Positions 52,626 to 64,000 of a stretch of DNA of 64,000 bases are shown here, piece after piece. The stretch lies in assembly GCA_964304625.1 (NCBI GenBank), contig OZ199838.1:7334035-7398034 (forward strand). Reading direction: 5' to 3'. A program made the translations under genes and the position numbers. Numbering within the stretch: position 1 is the first letter of the stretch; every line of letters starts with the position of its first letter. The stretch comes from Kudoa neothunni (taxonomy: Eukaryota; Animalia; Cnidaria). The notes under the pieces are model-generated. The model ran no database searches. It was not told the DNA's origin and worked only from the letters and a program-made list of their open reading frames with translations.

Positions 52626-55600
52626 TCGGAGTGTCAGTGTTTGTCGGTGATTCTCGTTGTAGGGTTCTATATTATGCTGTTGAATATTATTTGAGATAAT
52701 TTATTAAAATTATATTTGATAATGTGATATCATTAATTCATAGATCATTAATTTTTCTTAAAATGTAGAATATATCACATCAACGTAAATCCATATATAA
52801 GTTGAAAAATAGAGATGAAAATTAATTATCTATTACCAAGATGTTGAATTCAACAATTTATTTAATCTTCAAAAATTAATATTTTTATTTATTTATTTAT
52901 TTATTTTATTGATTAATTAATTAATTTCATAAATCAGCATACAATGTAAGTGTTTATCAGTTGAACGTTAATGTCACTATAATTTTTAAATGTATACCTT
53001 AGTCTACAAACTGATTTAATGTTAATACAAATATAAATTTTGTTTAATTAAAATATTGATATAAAATGTCCGAAATATGTGTTAAAGCCAATATTGGAAA
53101 TAATTTAAATATAAAAACTGTGTAGTAGATCAAATAATGGATATTTCTAATATTGTGAATTAATTTAGTTTTACATATTTAAGTTGGATATTACAAAGAT
53201 TCTTGTACTATAGAAATATTCAATTGATTAGAGTCTAAATTTAGATATCCCTTTTTGAAGAAAAATTTATAGCTACATTCGAGCAAAATCTTATGTTTAA
53301 CAAAATAATAATCTCACGTCGATTATCAGGTTGATTATAAATATTTTCTCATACAATAAATCGTCTTGAATCTAATTTTTTTTCTTAAATTTTACGAAAA
53401 CTTTTGTCATGGGACTTATTTTTTCTACTATCTCTATCTATTCATAATAGCTAATTTTCGTTATTTTAATTATTTCATTGACTAACTTTTAATTGATACA
53501 AGGGAAAGCCTACACAAAAAAATCGATCGCGCTATCGCATCTTTACAAAAACACACTGGCTATCGACACGTAAGTTTTTATCGCAGAATAAGTTTAAGTA
53601 GAGCTTGTTTTATATTTAAAACCTAACGTACGTTACGTAAATTTTCAAAACAATTACGTGCTACTTTAAATCTATACAAAATTGACATAAGATAAATAAA
53701 ACTTTTGTATTAAATTGAATAAATTAAGCTCATTAATGCTTCAAATCATATAATCATTAAAGGAGAATAAAATCATTATTAATGAATGTTTATATGAATA
53801 TCAACTATTAAACAAACTAAAAGTATAAGTTTAGGTCGTCACTAATATCACAATTTGTTTCATAGATTGATCTCTAATATGAACTTCCATTTAAAAACCG
53901 CGGAATATTTCTAATTATTGAATATGAATTATTCATCATAGTAAACAAATGAAAATATTATCAGATAAATAAACCTTCCGGATTTTAAGCTCCACAATCC
54001 AAATTTTCAACAGAAAAATTTACAATATATACTCCATAAAAAATAAAACTCGCGGTAGATATTATTAAACAATTCGAATAAATAATGTGTCTGAGCGAAC
54101 TAAAAAAACAACTCGTCATGAATTATTTTTGAAAAATTCGATTAAATTTATTTTATTTAGGTAGCTTGCTATCGATTTAGTATCCGAACAACTGAAAGAT
54201 AGACGAAAAAATCCTATAGTAAGTAATTTCATTCTTTTGAGATCCTAGCGGTCGCAGTGGTTTAATATTTGATCTGAATTATTCTAAATTCCAATATTTA
54301 AAATTTTTAAGCCTTTTTCGCATATTAGTCATATTATGATTTCTGATTTTCGTAAAATCTTGATATCAATAATATCCAAGGGAAACGATTATCCTCCCTC
54401 ATTATGAAAATAGCTGCGCGATCTTCGGTTAAGAAACAGTTGCCATACCTCGGCATCTGTCGCACCAGATCGTCGTTTAAGCACATTTTCCTCTGGTTTA
54501 TCCCCCAAAAAGCTATGATCAACACTTTATTTCGATACATAACTAGTCTTTTCCAGTTATAATTAAATGTTTAAGCCAGCCTCAATGTATTATTAACGAT
54601 GATCAAAAATATTAGGCATTTTTTAATACTAGACCATTCTGAGCCAACACAAACACAGCATAATTTTCTAACGCAAGGCTCAACTCTTTCATAGATATTT
54701 AAGTATCGCCACAAGGATTAACGAATTAGTACTCTACCAAAGATGCTTTATAATTTGCACAATAAACAAAAACATTTGACATTTAGACGAAGCTGCAATT
54801 TTTTGCTAATTGTTGATCTTAAGAGAGGAACAAATTATGTTAACACATACTTAAACTCAGATTTTTCCAATGTCAAATTCTAGCTGACCACATATTTATC
54901 CAAGTATTAATATAACGAAAATTTAGCGCTAACCTTTTCCTCCGTGGATAATCAATTCACATGGTGATAACATTCATTCATCTGGTGAATTACACAGTTG
55001 AAACAATCCTTAGTAATATGGTACGAAATCATTTCATGCAGCAATGAAGTAATTAGCAATGTTTATCTTACGACATCTTAAGCTGCTATTTGTACGAATT
55101 AGCACCAAGTTAATCACCAACTTACTTATAGCCACATGCAAGAATGGTCTATAACCAGCAGGCTATAACTGTTTGTTTATCCAAATAAACTATAGAGGAG
55201 AATTCATTCAAGAAAATGGCGGAACACAATAGCCATAGTTGTGTCAATATGGTTTGTTTGGCTCCAAACCCTATTGTTTCAATTGTTTATAAACCCGTAT
55301 AGTATTGTGTGGCGCCATTTGCACATAGATGTTTGAGAATAACCCGTCAGCTGATGCTTCACTGAATAGTAAAGCTATTGATTGATGGGTATTCAAATAT
55401 ATCGTGACTTAATTGTCGAATCAAGACCATATGTTGTGGTCATATTAAAAGGTGTCTGTAATTTTAATCCGTTGGTTGGTATTTGTTGTGGCACATCTCA
55501 GAGTAAACACTAAAACTTAGCAACGACGTTCACCTTTTATTGGTCTATTATTGGACATTTTGAATTCATGATAACGCGACACAACAATTAAACCAGTGAC

Positions 55601-55889
55601 GCCGTAAACCTAGTTGATAATTAACCAATTAATTATGTTATAAAACCGTGTGTAACCATGGAAAGGTAACACTATACCATGGCAGTAATTTATCCATGGA
55701 TAAGGCGCTAACACTCATTAAGTTATCAAATTTACACAAATGTTGCCAATTCAACAAAAGCAACACTAATCCTGTTTTAATTTCTACAATAGTTAAGCGG
55801 AAACTTAATTGATCGGCTTTAGCAAACTGACAGTGAACCCGTGCAACAAGGTTGTTTCAAACCACAGGACACAGTCTAATACTCTTATT

Positions 55890-57708
55890 ATGATAAATAA
55901 AAATAATACATTCAATAACTTGGATAACTCAGCTCTCCGGCAGGCTATCCAAACATCAAGCGTAGCTAATAGGAATGTTGAAATGAATTATGACGTCCGA
56001 AAACGTCTGACCGAAACAGGAATGCCTCTCCCCCGCCAGCATCTTCAAGATATTACCAATCGTCAAGGTGAGTGTAGATTGTTTTAGGAATTTATCCCGT
56101 CATTAAGTAATTTAAATATCAAATATCCATTATTGTGGGTGTGTAATAACCTGATTTGGATACCAAATTGATTTTTAATCACATTGTTAGATAGATATTT
56201 CAGCTAATTAGATGGGTAATCGACTTTAAAATTTTTAACAACAAAATAGACTCACGATCTCTTCTAACTAAATTTTTTCACCTCCCACATCTAGCATTAC
56301 CTAATGAACTCGGTTATGATAATGATTGTGTTTTTTAGGTGACAACTACAATCGTTGGATAAGACCTAGTCCAAGAAAAGGTGCTATGAGTGGATTCAAC
56401 CCTCAAATAAACTTTTCACCAATTAGTCGGGCACCTCAAAGGAGTATTCCATCTGGTGAAAACTTCCCCTATAATCAACCTTATATTGCCACAATTATAA
56501 CCAGTCCTTCATTAAATCGCTCAACAACTTCTTCAGAAAATTTTGTAAGCGTGGGTGGAGTAGGCAAAAACAAACGTCCTCGTAAAGCGAGGAGTATATT
56601 TTCTGCGGAACAACTAAAAATTCTAAACGATGAGTTTGAGCGTCACAATTACATCAATAACTTTACGAGGGAAGAATTAGCGAGTAAAACTGGTATCACC
56701 CCCGAACAAGTTAAAATATGGTTCCAAAATATGAGAAGCAAACGTCGAAAGTCTTACGAACGAGCTGCTCAAAACAATTTCGGTTTTGACTACGCCACTC
56801 TGCAACAATATGGCAATATTTCCAGTATGAACACTAGTATTCCACTCATGACGCATTTTATACGAGGCCAACCAACCTCAGCACCCTTCGCCAATCCTCA
56901 TTCAGCCACAAATGTAATACATCCAGCTCCTGGGAGCTATTCAGGAAGCAACAGTAGTAGCGGATCAAACAGTTTCACTTACAACAATCCCAATGACCCA
57001 CGAACAAGCAATGGCCACGGCAACCCCCTCAATGTAAATAGGAACAACTCTATCTCTGTCAGCACTAGTCAACCCACTGTTTATTGGGAATCTTCCAATA
57101 AAAACCATCAAAGCAAACTGAACAATACCAGTGGATATGCATCAGCAAATAGCAGCCACTTACCACCTTTCAATCCTAATAACCAAAGCTACCCCTCACA
57201 ACAACCACACAACTATCCAGTGAAGGATTCTCGTAATATCAACAGCACAGCACCAGGTGGCATCAACTCTACAGCCGTCAGTCATGTGCAGATCACAAAT
57301 AACAAAAGTTCTAACTTTATCGCACCTGGATTTGCTTCAACTTTATACAATGCCAAAATGAATGGTGAGAATAAGAATGGTAGTGCTGACAGTAACCAGT
57401 CAAAAACCTCGTCAGCGTATGTCTTAAATAGACCTGTTAATGCACCATTATCACATGAAGGTGGTCGTGTCACCCAGTCGACCAAACAGTATGTCACCTC
57501 AACTCCACAACCGCAACCTAGAAACAGTGGACAGTCGAACTCTAGCAATTTCCAAAAGACTTCACTTCCATCATTCAATGAGACCACCAATAGCACTGCC
57601 AAACCTAAAATATGCCCACCAACAAGCACGGTCCCCACAGATACCACATCCACTTCACAACAACCCTCTCATCAGCCCAATGGGTCGAACACAAGACCAA
57701 ATCCCTAA
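55890..57708 (+). CDS. ANTP-class homeobox transcription factor (divergent Dlx/NKL-like), exons 55890-56067 and 56339-57708, ~515 aa
   Basis: Homeodomain at 56578-56757: PRKARSIFSAEQLKILNDEFERHNYINNFTREELASKTGITPEQVKIWFQNMRSKRRKSY. Phase-1 GTGAGT...TTTTAG intron; long S/N/P/T-rich tail. Confidence 0.88.
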
Positions 57709-60700
57709 AACTTTATTCCCAGTCAACTTTATGTGCAATAGATCGATTTTTTTAACATTACGTTGTGTTAACGACTACTACAAGCTTCATTTGTTTTTAT
57801 ATTGATTGTCCTCATTTTTGCGTGTGGCCTAAAATATTATTTACTATTATGGTGCGATTGTCATATAATTACAAAACACAGAGTAATTGAACAGGTGAGG
57901 ATATAAGATAACAATTCGATATTTTTTTTAAACATTTGAGCACGTAAATGTGGCTACGTGAGTGAAAATAGCTCGACAATCGCAGAGGCAAGTACACAAC
58001 CAACTGCAAACGAACCAACGTTAAACTCGATACACAGCGATCGTTTCGGCACCTTCAGCAAAGGAACATCAAGGTTGCCGAAATATCCTCCACAATAATT
58101 TTGGTATTTATTTTAATACACCTTACTAGTATTAGTTGTGGGAGTAAATGCCGACTCTATGCTCAGCATACGATATAATTCGTTTGAGTAGATTTATTCT
58201 TAGTTAATTTCTAAATAAATTTAGTTTAGTTGTTTATTCTATAAAAATGAGGCATTAGACGAACATTTCGTTGGTCAAAAAATATTCACTGATCCGACAG
58301 CTTACGTATATTAAGCTGGATTATGACCATTTTTGTTAGGTTGTAATGGTAACGTTTAAGCATACTTGTAATTTATAAAATATCTAATCTATATTTTCTT
58401 AACAAATTATTTGGTTGATTTAAATATTTTTATTTTTAGTTCTAAATAAGTTATGCGATGCGCTGATGTGCGATTACAGGATTTGGATTAAGTGATGCCG
58501 ACAAATTCTCCCGAGATTTTTTTAATGTTAATTTTTCCTCAAAATATTTTTTTCATGAAACATTGTAAATAAAATATAAAAATTTCTTATTTTAAGCAGA
58601 CTTCTAATGGCTGCCATCTTGATTTGTTATTCGGTCGACGTAGAAAGAATTAAAGTTAGAGGACCCTCTTGGAATAAGCGGGCTTCTATGTTTCTAGAGC
58701 CATCTGATTAAAATCGCAATATATAGTATCTTAGCCAATGGATACTAATTAAAAAAATAATACAATTTATTATAAAACTCTTGTATCATGTGGTTATACA
58801 GGTAGTTGGTATTTACCGTAAGAGAAATCATTAAAAACTATTGACTTCAAAATTCTACACAATATCTGAGCCTTTGATCATTTAGATCTCATTTATTCAA
58901 TAAAGTTTTGAACCGTTTACACAAGAAATCTGTGATTTTCTGCAATATAAACTTGTTAAGTATTCTTTATTTAGAAAAATTTCAAAATAAAATTCATAAA
59001 TAAATTGTAAATATTTATTAGGAGTAACTAATGAAACTTACATATATCGAAACTTTATGAAATGCTTAGGTGTGTTGCGTCTATTGATTTTTAACGCGAA
59101 CGATTTCTTAAAATGTTAACACTAGTTTTCAGATTATCTTTAAATATTAAAGATATCGAGATATTTTGGTAAAGAGGAAGAAATTATGTTCTTTTTATAT
59201 GCAAGTCGTTGATAATCTTAATGTTTAATTATATGAAATAAATTTAAAAATGGTTATATAACGCAAGTCCCAAAATTCAAATTATTGGAAGGTAACAATT
59301 AAAAAACTTTCTAAATCTATTCCACTTATATTTTTTTTCTCAACATAAAATATATCACATCAACTTTTCAAGCCCATTTGGTTACTCTAACTAGTAAAAC
59401 TTTTATTCTAAAAAGTTAACCTCTCCTTCAATTATAAATATTTAACCTTTTTGTCCCCAATCGATATGCTATCTTCAGATAGCATATTACGTAAAAATAA
59501 TGAGTTATAACTATTTAAAAAGTTAAAACGTCCGAAAAAATTAATACGGTCATTATCATCAAATTATATGAAAAAAATGAAAATTAAATAAAAACCGTAT
59601 CCGTGAATATCATAATAACGTATAAATTCCACATTGTCTCTCACATTCATCGAAAATTTATTTTTACCTGATTTGTAAGTAATGAATTAATATAATCAAT
59701 ATGCTCACATCGATAATTTTTTGGTGTATGCGCGCGCAACTTAGATGTCAACTTTTCGTTTTCAAAATTATTCCATATCTAAAAAGTACAAAAAATTGAG
59801 TTTTAGTTTATATATTTGTCTCTTTAAAGTAGATATAATATATAGTTGTAAATAATGATAATGATTATTTATTTGATAACACAACAATAATCCTTTTATA
59901 ACTTTCTTAAATTAACTTTTAAATTTGTCAAAAACATATGAATATTTATTAAATTATGACAAATTATATTTTAACAAAAATCTTTTGTGAAATATATTAA
60001 GATTATACCTAAAAATAAATTACATTGTTTAGAATGACACTATGTCGAATTTTTAAAAGCTTATTCAAATGTTATAATCCAATATAATTATTTTTAATTT
60101 GTTTTTAAATTGATAAAAATTTCTGAAACATTTCAAACTATTTTCTCTGAAATAATTTGAATAGAGCCTTATGGAGACGCAATTTTTTTCTTTTGATCAT
60201 TTAAATAATCATTAGGCACGAAGGAGTTAATGTTTAGATACAATATTTTTTTAAAGTTTATGTTAAGCGTATAGATAGATGTTTCTCTTTCCGCACAACC
60301 TCTTCCTTGGTTCAAAAAATAAAAATTAAATCATTTGGAAAATTTTATTTTGTTGGTTGTGCTCAATTTGGTATACAAACAATGAACAAAGTGCTCAGCT
60401 CAAAGTTTAGAATTCTTGAAACAAACTTTATAAGATAATTCATTTATAATTAGATTATTTACAAAAAATAATCATACAATCTCTTTTTATTATAATTAAT
60501 ATTGCGGAAAAAAGTTTATAAATATAAGCTATAAAACAATCTTAAATATCTATTATTTTTATTTTTAGTTCTATTAATATATTTCATCTTCACCTGTAGA
60601 TTATAATGTTAATCCTTAAGAAAAAATTTTTTATACAATTTTATAGATATTCGTTAATGTTTTGGATCAATCGTTGAAATTTTTATTGAAGAAAATCTTT

Positions 60701-62152
60701 ATTAGCCATTTAATTAAAAATGAAAACATACATTGAAAGAGGAAATGTCGGCCTCATTTTCCTGTAGCCTCTTATCATTCTCACTAAAACGAAAATAAAC
60801 CTTTATTTCCTACACACGTATTTCATACTTGTGTTGCATTGACCTCGCAGTAGGAATTTCACTCGGTGAAACCAAAAATTCTCTTTGAACAAAATATCTA
60901 GGCGACATTGATGAATGAGCATTCATTCTATGTTTCTTATGGGTTCCATCATTTTCCCAAAAGCTATGTAGCAAATTAAATGCTACCTACCAAAAAGGCG
61001 ATGACAGCAAAAAGAATAAGGATAAATTCTATTTGCTGATAAACACGATAATGCTGAAAGGTGATTACAATAATTTTGGACTCAGTGGCACATCACTAAG
61101 GTTGAAGTGTTTTTTGTGCACTTTATAATAATCTTGGCCTTTCTCAATTCCTAGATTAACCAAAGCTTTGTATTATTGAAAAACTCAAGCTTTAAACATA
61201 CTAACTTTTTTCAACTGTAGAAAAAGCAAAAAATAAACTAAATGAATTGGCCGACGAAGTGTCAACAACATTGTTGTATGTTGTCGAATTTTAGCTGAAA
61301 AAAGACATTTACGAATCATCTAATGGCCATCCACTAAAAATAAAAACAACTGACAGTCCAATCCAAATCTGATTCTATAAATTTTGATTGTTTGATTATT
61401 AAGTAATCATTAAATTTCTTATAGAATTCTTTAAATCGGTAATTAAAACCAAGAAAGAACTTTAGCATATAATCATAATTATTTTGAAATTACTAGAAAA
61501 TATATAATATAACCGCCATGATAACATAAATAGATGATTATTTCTAATTGGGTAGACTTTGTGAAGTGCCAGCGTCACTGCTTTATTATTATAGTGATTT
61601 TTTGTCGAATGGACGCTTCGAATATTTTGTAATTAAATGTGTTATTTGGGCTGTTAAAAAGCGAGGAAAAAGTGAACAGTAAAAAACTAGAGGGTTTTAA
61701 TAATCATATTATTGCCAATGAATTAATAAGTAAATTCACAAATCTTTGGTGCTGTAATAAAATTTGTTAGGCTTCTTTTTAAAATGGCGACAACTTAGAG
61801 CCTTCTAGACAATTAATCTATAACAGATCAATTCAATTTATAGTTTTGTTAATTCTTTAATATAAAATTATCACTATACCCGCTTAGATCAGATTGGGGG
61901 CCATAAAGTACCGTTGATTCCTTAAATAAAGGCTCATAAACTGTTTATCAGCAAAGCGGCAGTAAACGAGTTTATTTGCAATTAGTAGGAGCTCAATAAT
62001 CTAAAAATTTTCAAAGGCTATGAGAAACTACAGAATTAGTCAAATGAACATTGGCTCTGCCTACGAACATACACTTAGAGCTCGTTCGTTCATTTACCAA
62101 GATTATTAACAAAAAACGATAACATTATTTATTTACTGCTATTGAATGTAAC

Positions 62153-62225
62153 GCAAGGTCCTAACCGGGATCCGAACCTGGGTTCTTTGCATAACAAGGC
62201 GGTGGTGCCATATCGCACATCTATG
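62153..62225 (-). other. tRNA-derived sequence (pseudo-tRNA or SINE head)
   Basis: The minus strand has a T-arm/B-box CCAGGTTCGGATCCCGG after an anticodon-like stem. The 5' half does not form a convincing cloverleaf. Confidence 0.45.
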
Positions 62226-62994
62226 GTTGGTGGATTACAACCCTTATAATCCACGTGTTACATTCAATATTTTATTGTATCAGATATACCATAATTAAAA
62301 ATTAGATTTTTAAAATTCGTTTTAAGGGCATAAGATGTCATTACTGATGTCAATACGAGATTTACAAATTATTAAATTATTGTTTAACTTATATAAATCC
62401 ATATATAATATTAAATTTACCGGAAAAGTATGTAGAGTAGGAAAAAATCAACAAAGTTACATCTAAACCAGCGTTGGTTGAATTTGTCTGATTTTTTACC
62501 CTAGTTTTTTCAAAAGGTTGCATAATCGCAACAAATTGTTTCAAAAGGAACAAATCCTATATTCTAAAGATGGAAATATAATCATTGTTGATTTCATTAT
62601 GAGGAATCTTCAATTAGATGATTATATGTTTTATGAAATTCTTCATATCAAATGAAAATGTATACAGTAGAAGTTTATCAAGGTCAAGCAACAATTATAC
62701 ATTTTAATAAGTTATCCTTAAAGCCCAAAGAATACAGAAGTTCAGACTAAAAAGAACATGCCAATAATCTATGAAAACAAACACATTTTGAATGTTATGC
62801 CCTAGTTGAGACCAACACTTTGGATTTTTTTAAATCATTAATAGCGATGACCCACGGCTTTGTCATGACCGCGGATCATTTTGGAAATACTGCGAAAAGT
62901 GTTATGAGTGTTGGAATAATGAAAGTTTTAATTCTACAAAAAAGATTTTGTTGGTGGTATCCAATGCTAACCCATTATCACAAGTTTTTGTTAA

Positions 62995-64000
62995 CCCTTT
63001 CATGCCTGAAAATCAAGCTGTAATAATTTATTTTTTTAAGAGCGCAACAATATTTTTGTATTTTTAATAATAACACATTTAAAAATTTCGGAAATACTTA
63101 ATTAGGAACCATATCTAATTAAATGTTGCCAAAAGGCAACATTCGGATACGCCTTAATCCCCAAAACAATTATGCGCGGGGGTAAGGAAGATTTCTTTCT
63201 GCTCCAAATTACACAAATTTCACACATTCAATAACAAAAAAATATTTCTAATTTTGTTTGTGGAAATTTAAATAACAATTTCTGTTGATATTTAAGCACA
63301 GATAAAATTTACATTACATGCACATAATTGTAGAATGCATTCCGTACAATTTGCATCTAGCCTTCGTTGTTGTAAATGAAGGGATGTGGGAAATTTCGTC
63401 GAAACGCACAGTAGCACTTACTTTTGATTCTGGTAGATTATATATTCTTCTAGATATAGGGATCGGGATATTAGTAATACCTGATGTGGACGGCCTCCCT
63501 CTTTTACTCGCAACACTTACCACTTGATTCTCATGCATCAATCGTTCACTTACCGAAACACTGAAATCTAACAAACATAAGCTTTTATTTGTTGGAATTT
63601 CATGTAAAGAACATTGACGTTTATAAAAGAGTCATCCGTTAAGGATGCATAGGTTCATCGCCCACAAGAAGACTCTCTTGTACCACTTTTTGTACTTGTG
63701 GTCAAGTCTATACAGAGTCATCAACATGTCGAAAAAGTCTACACTGCCCATATTTTGATTATACATTTTAATTATATTGGGGGTAGTCAATTTTTATAAC
63801 TTTTTTTGCCTTTCGATCATATCTATCAATAGAGCTCAAGGGGAAAATAGAGTGAACCGTCGATGTCACAGTTACAGCTGACCCATCTAATCAACGTACA
63901 ATGTTTGTTTTAAAACGACCGTCAAGATGTAAGGCATATTCATAACTTCCTCTTTTTAGCTTCCTGAATGTCTCATCATCACCTAATGGGACAATTTCGG
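62995..64000 (-). mobile_element. piggyBac (PGBD1/2/3-like) right end and degraded transposase 3' part, running off the window end
   Basis: TTAA|CCCTTT terminus at 62991-63000. The minus strand reads PNIIKMYNQNMGSVDFFD, KKWYKRVF and the Cys-rich RFDEISHIP...ARCKL...CKFYLCLNINRNCYLNFH, with stops. Confidence 0.85.

Noticed and set aside
57282-57805. ORFs 57282-57653 (-) and 57440-57805 (+), and similar short ORFs overlapping WDR7, the convertase, the Tc1 transposase, RSK and the membrane gene
   Set aside because: Antisense or alternate-frame shadows of real coding exons, with no independent motifs.

Overview
AT-rich eukaryotic nuclear DNA with mostly tiny (~30-60 nt) GT-AG introns plus a few transposon-inflated giant introns. 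The convertase closely resembles the Hydra PC3-like endoprotease as I recall it, and the other proteins are strongly diverged. Both point to a cnidarian, most plausibly a myxozoan parasite; this is inference, as no search was run. Genes rebuilt by hand across introns: TSEN54-like (+), WDR7/Rabconnectin-3 beta (-), CCDC28-like (+, a small protein spread over 12 kb), a PC3-like proprotein convertase (+), an intronless MLH3-like gene, an orphan type-I membrane protein (-), p90 RSK (-), ENY2/Sus1 (-) and a divergent Dlx/NKL-type homeobox gene (+). The most striking structure is the MLH3-like ORF (1422 nt), which fills 95% of the 1496-nt second intron of the convertase on the same strand. It has a 3' splice-site-like signal 30 nt before its ATG, an ATTAAA just after its stop, and an apparently dead ATPase domain beside an intact endonuclease motif. 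Intergenic and large-intron DNA holds nested stacks of degraded piggyBac, hAT, Tc1/IS630, pogo/Tigger, Mutator, Merlin and LTR elements. Several are delimited exactly by terminal inverted repeats (TIRs) and target-site duplications (TSDs).
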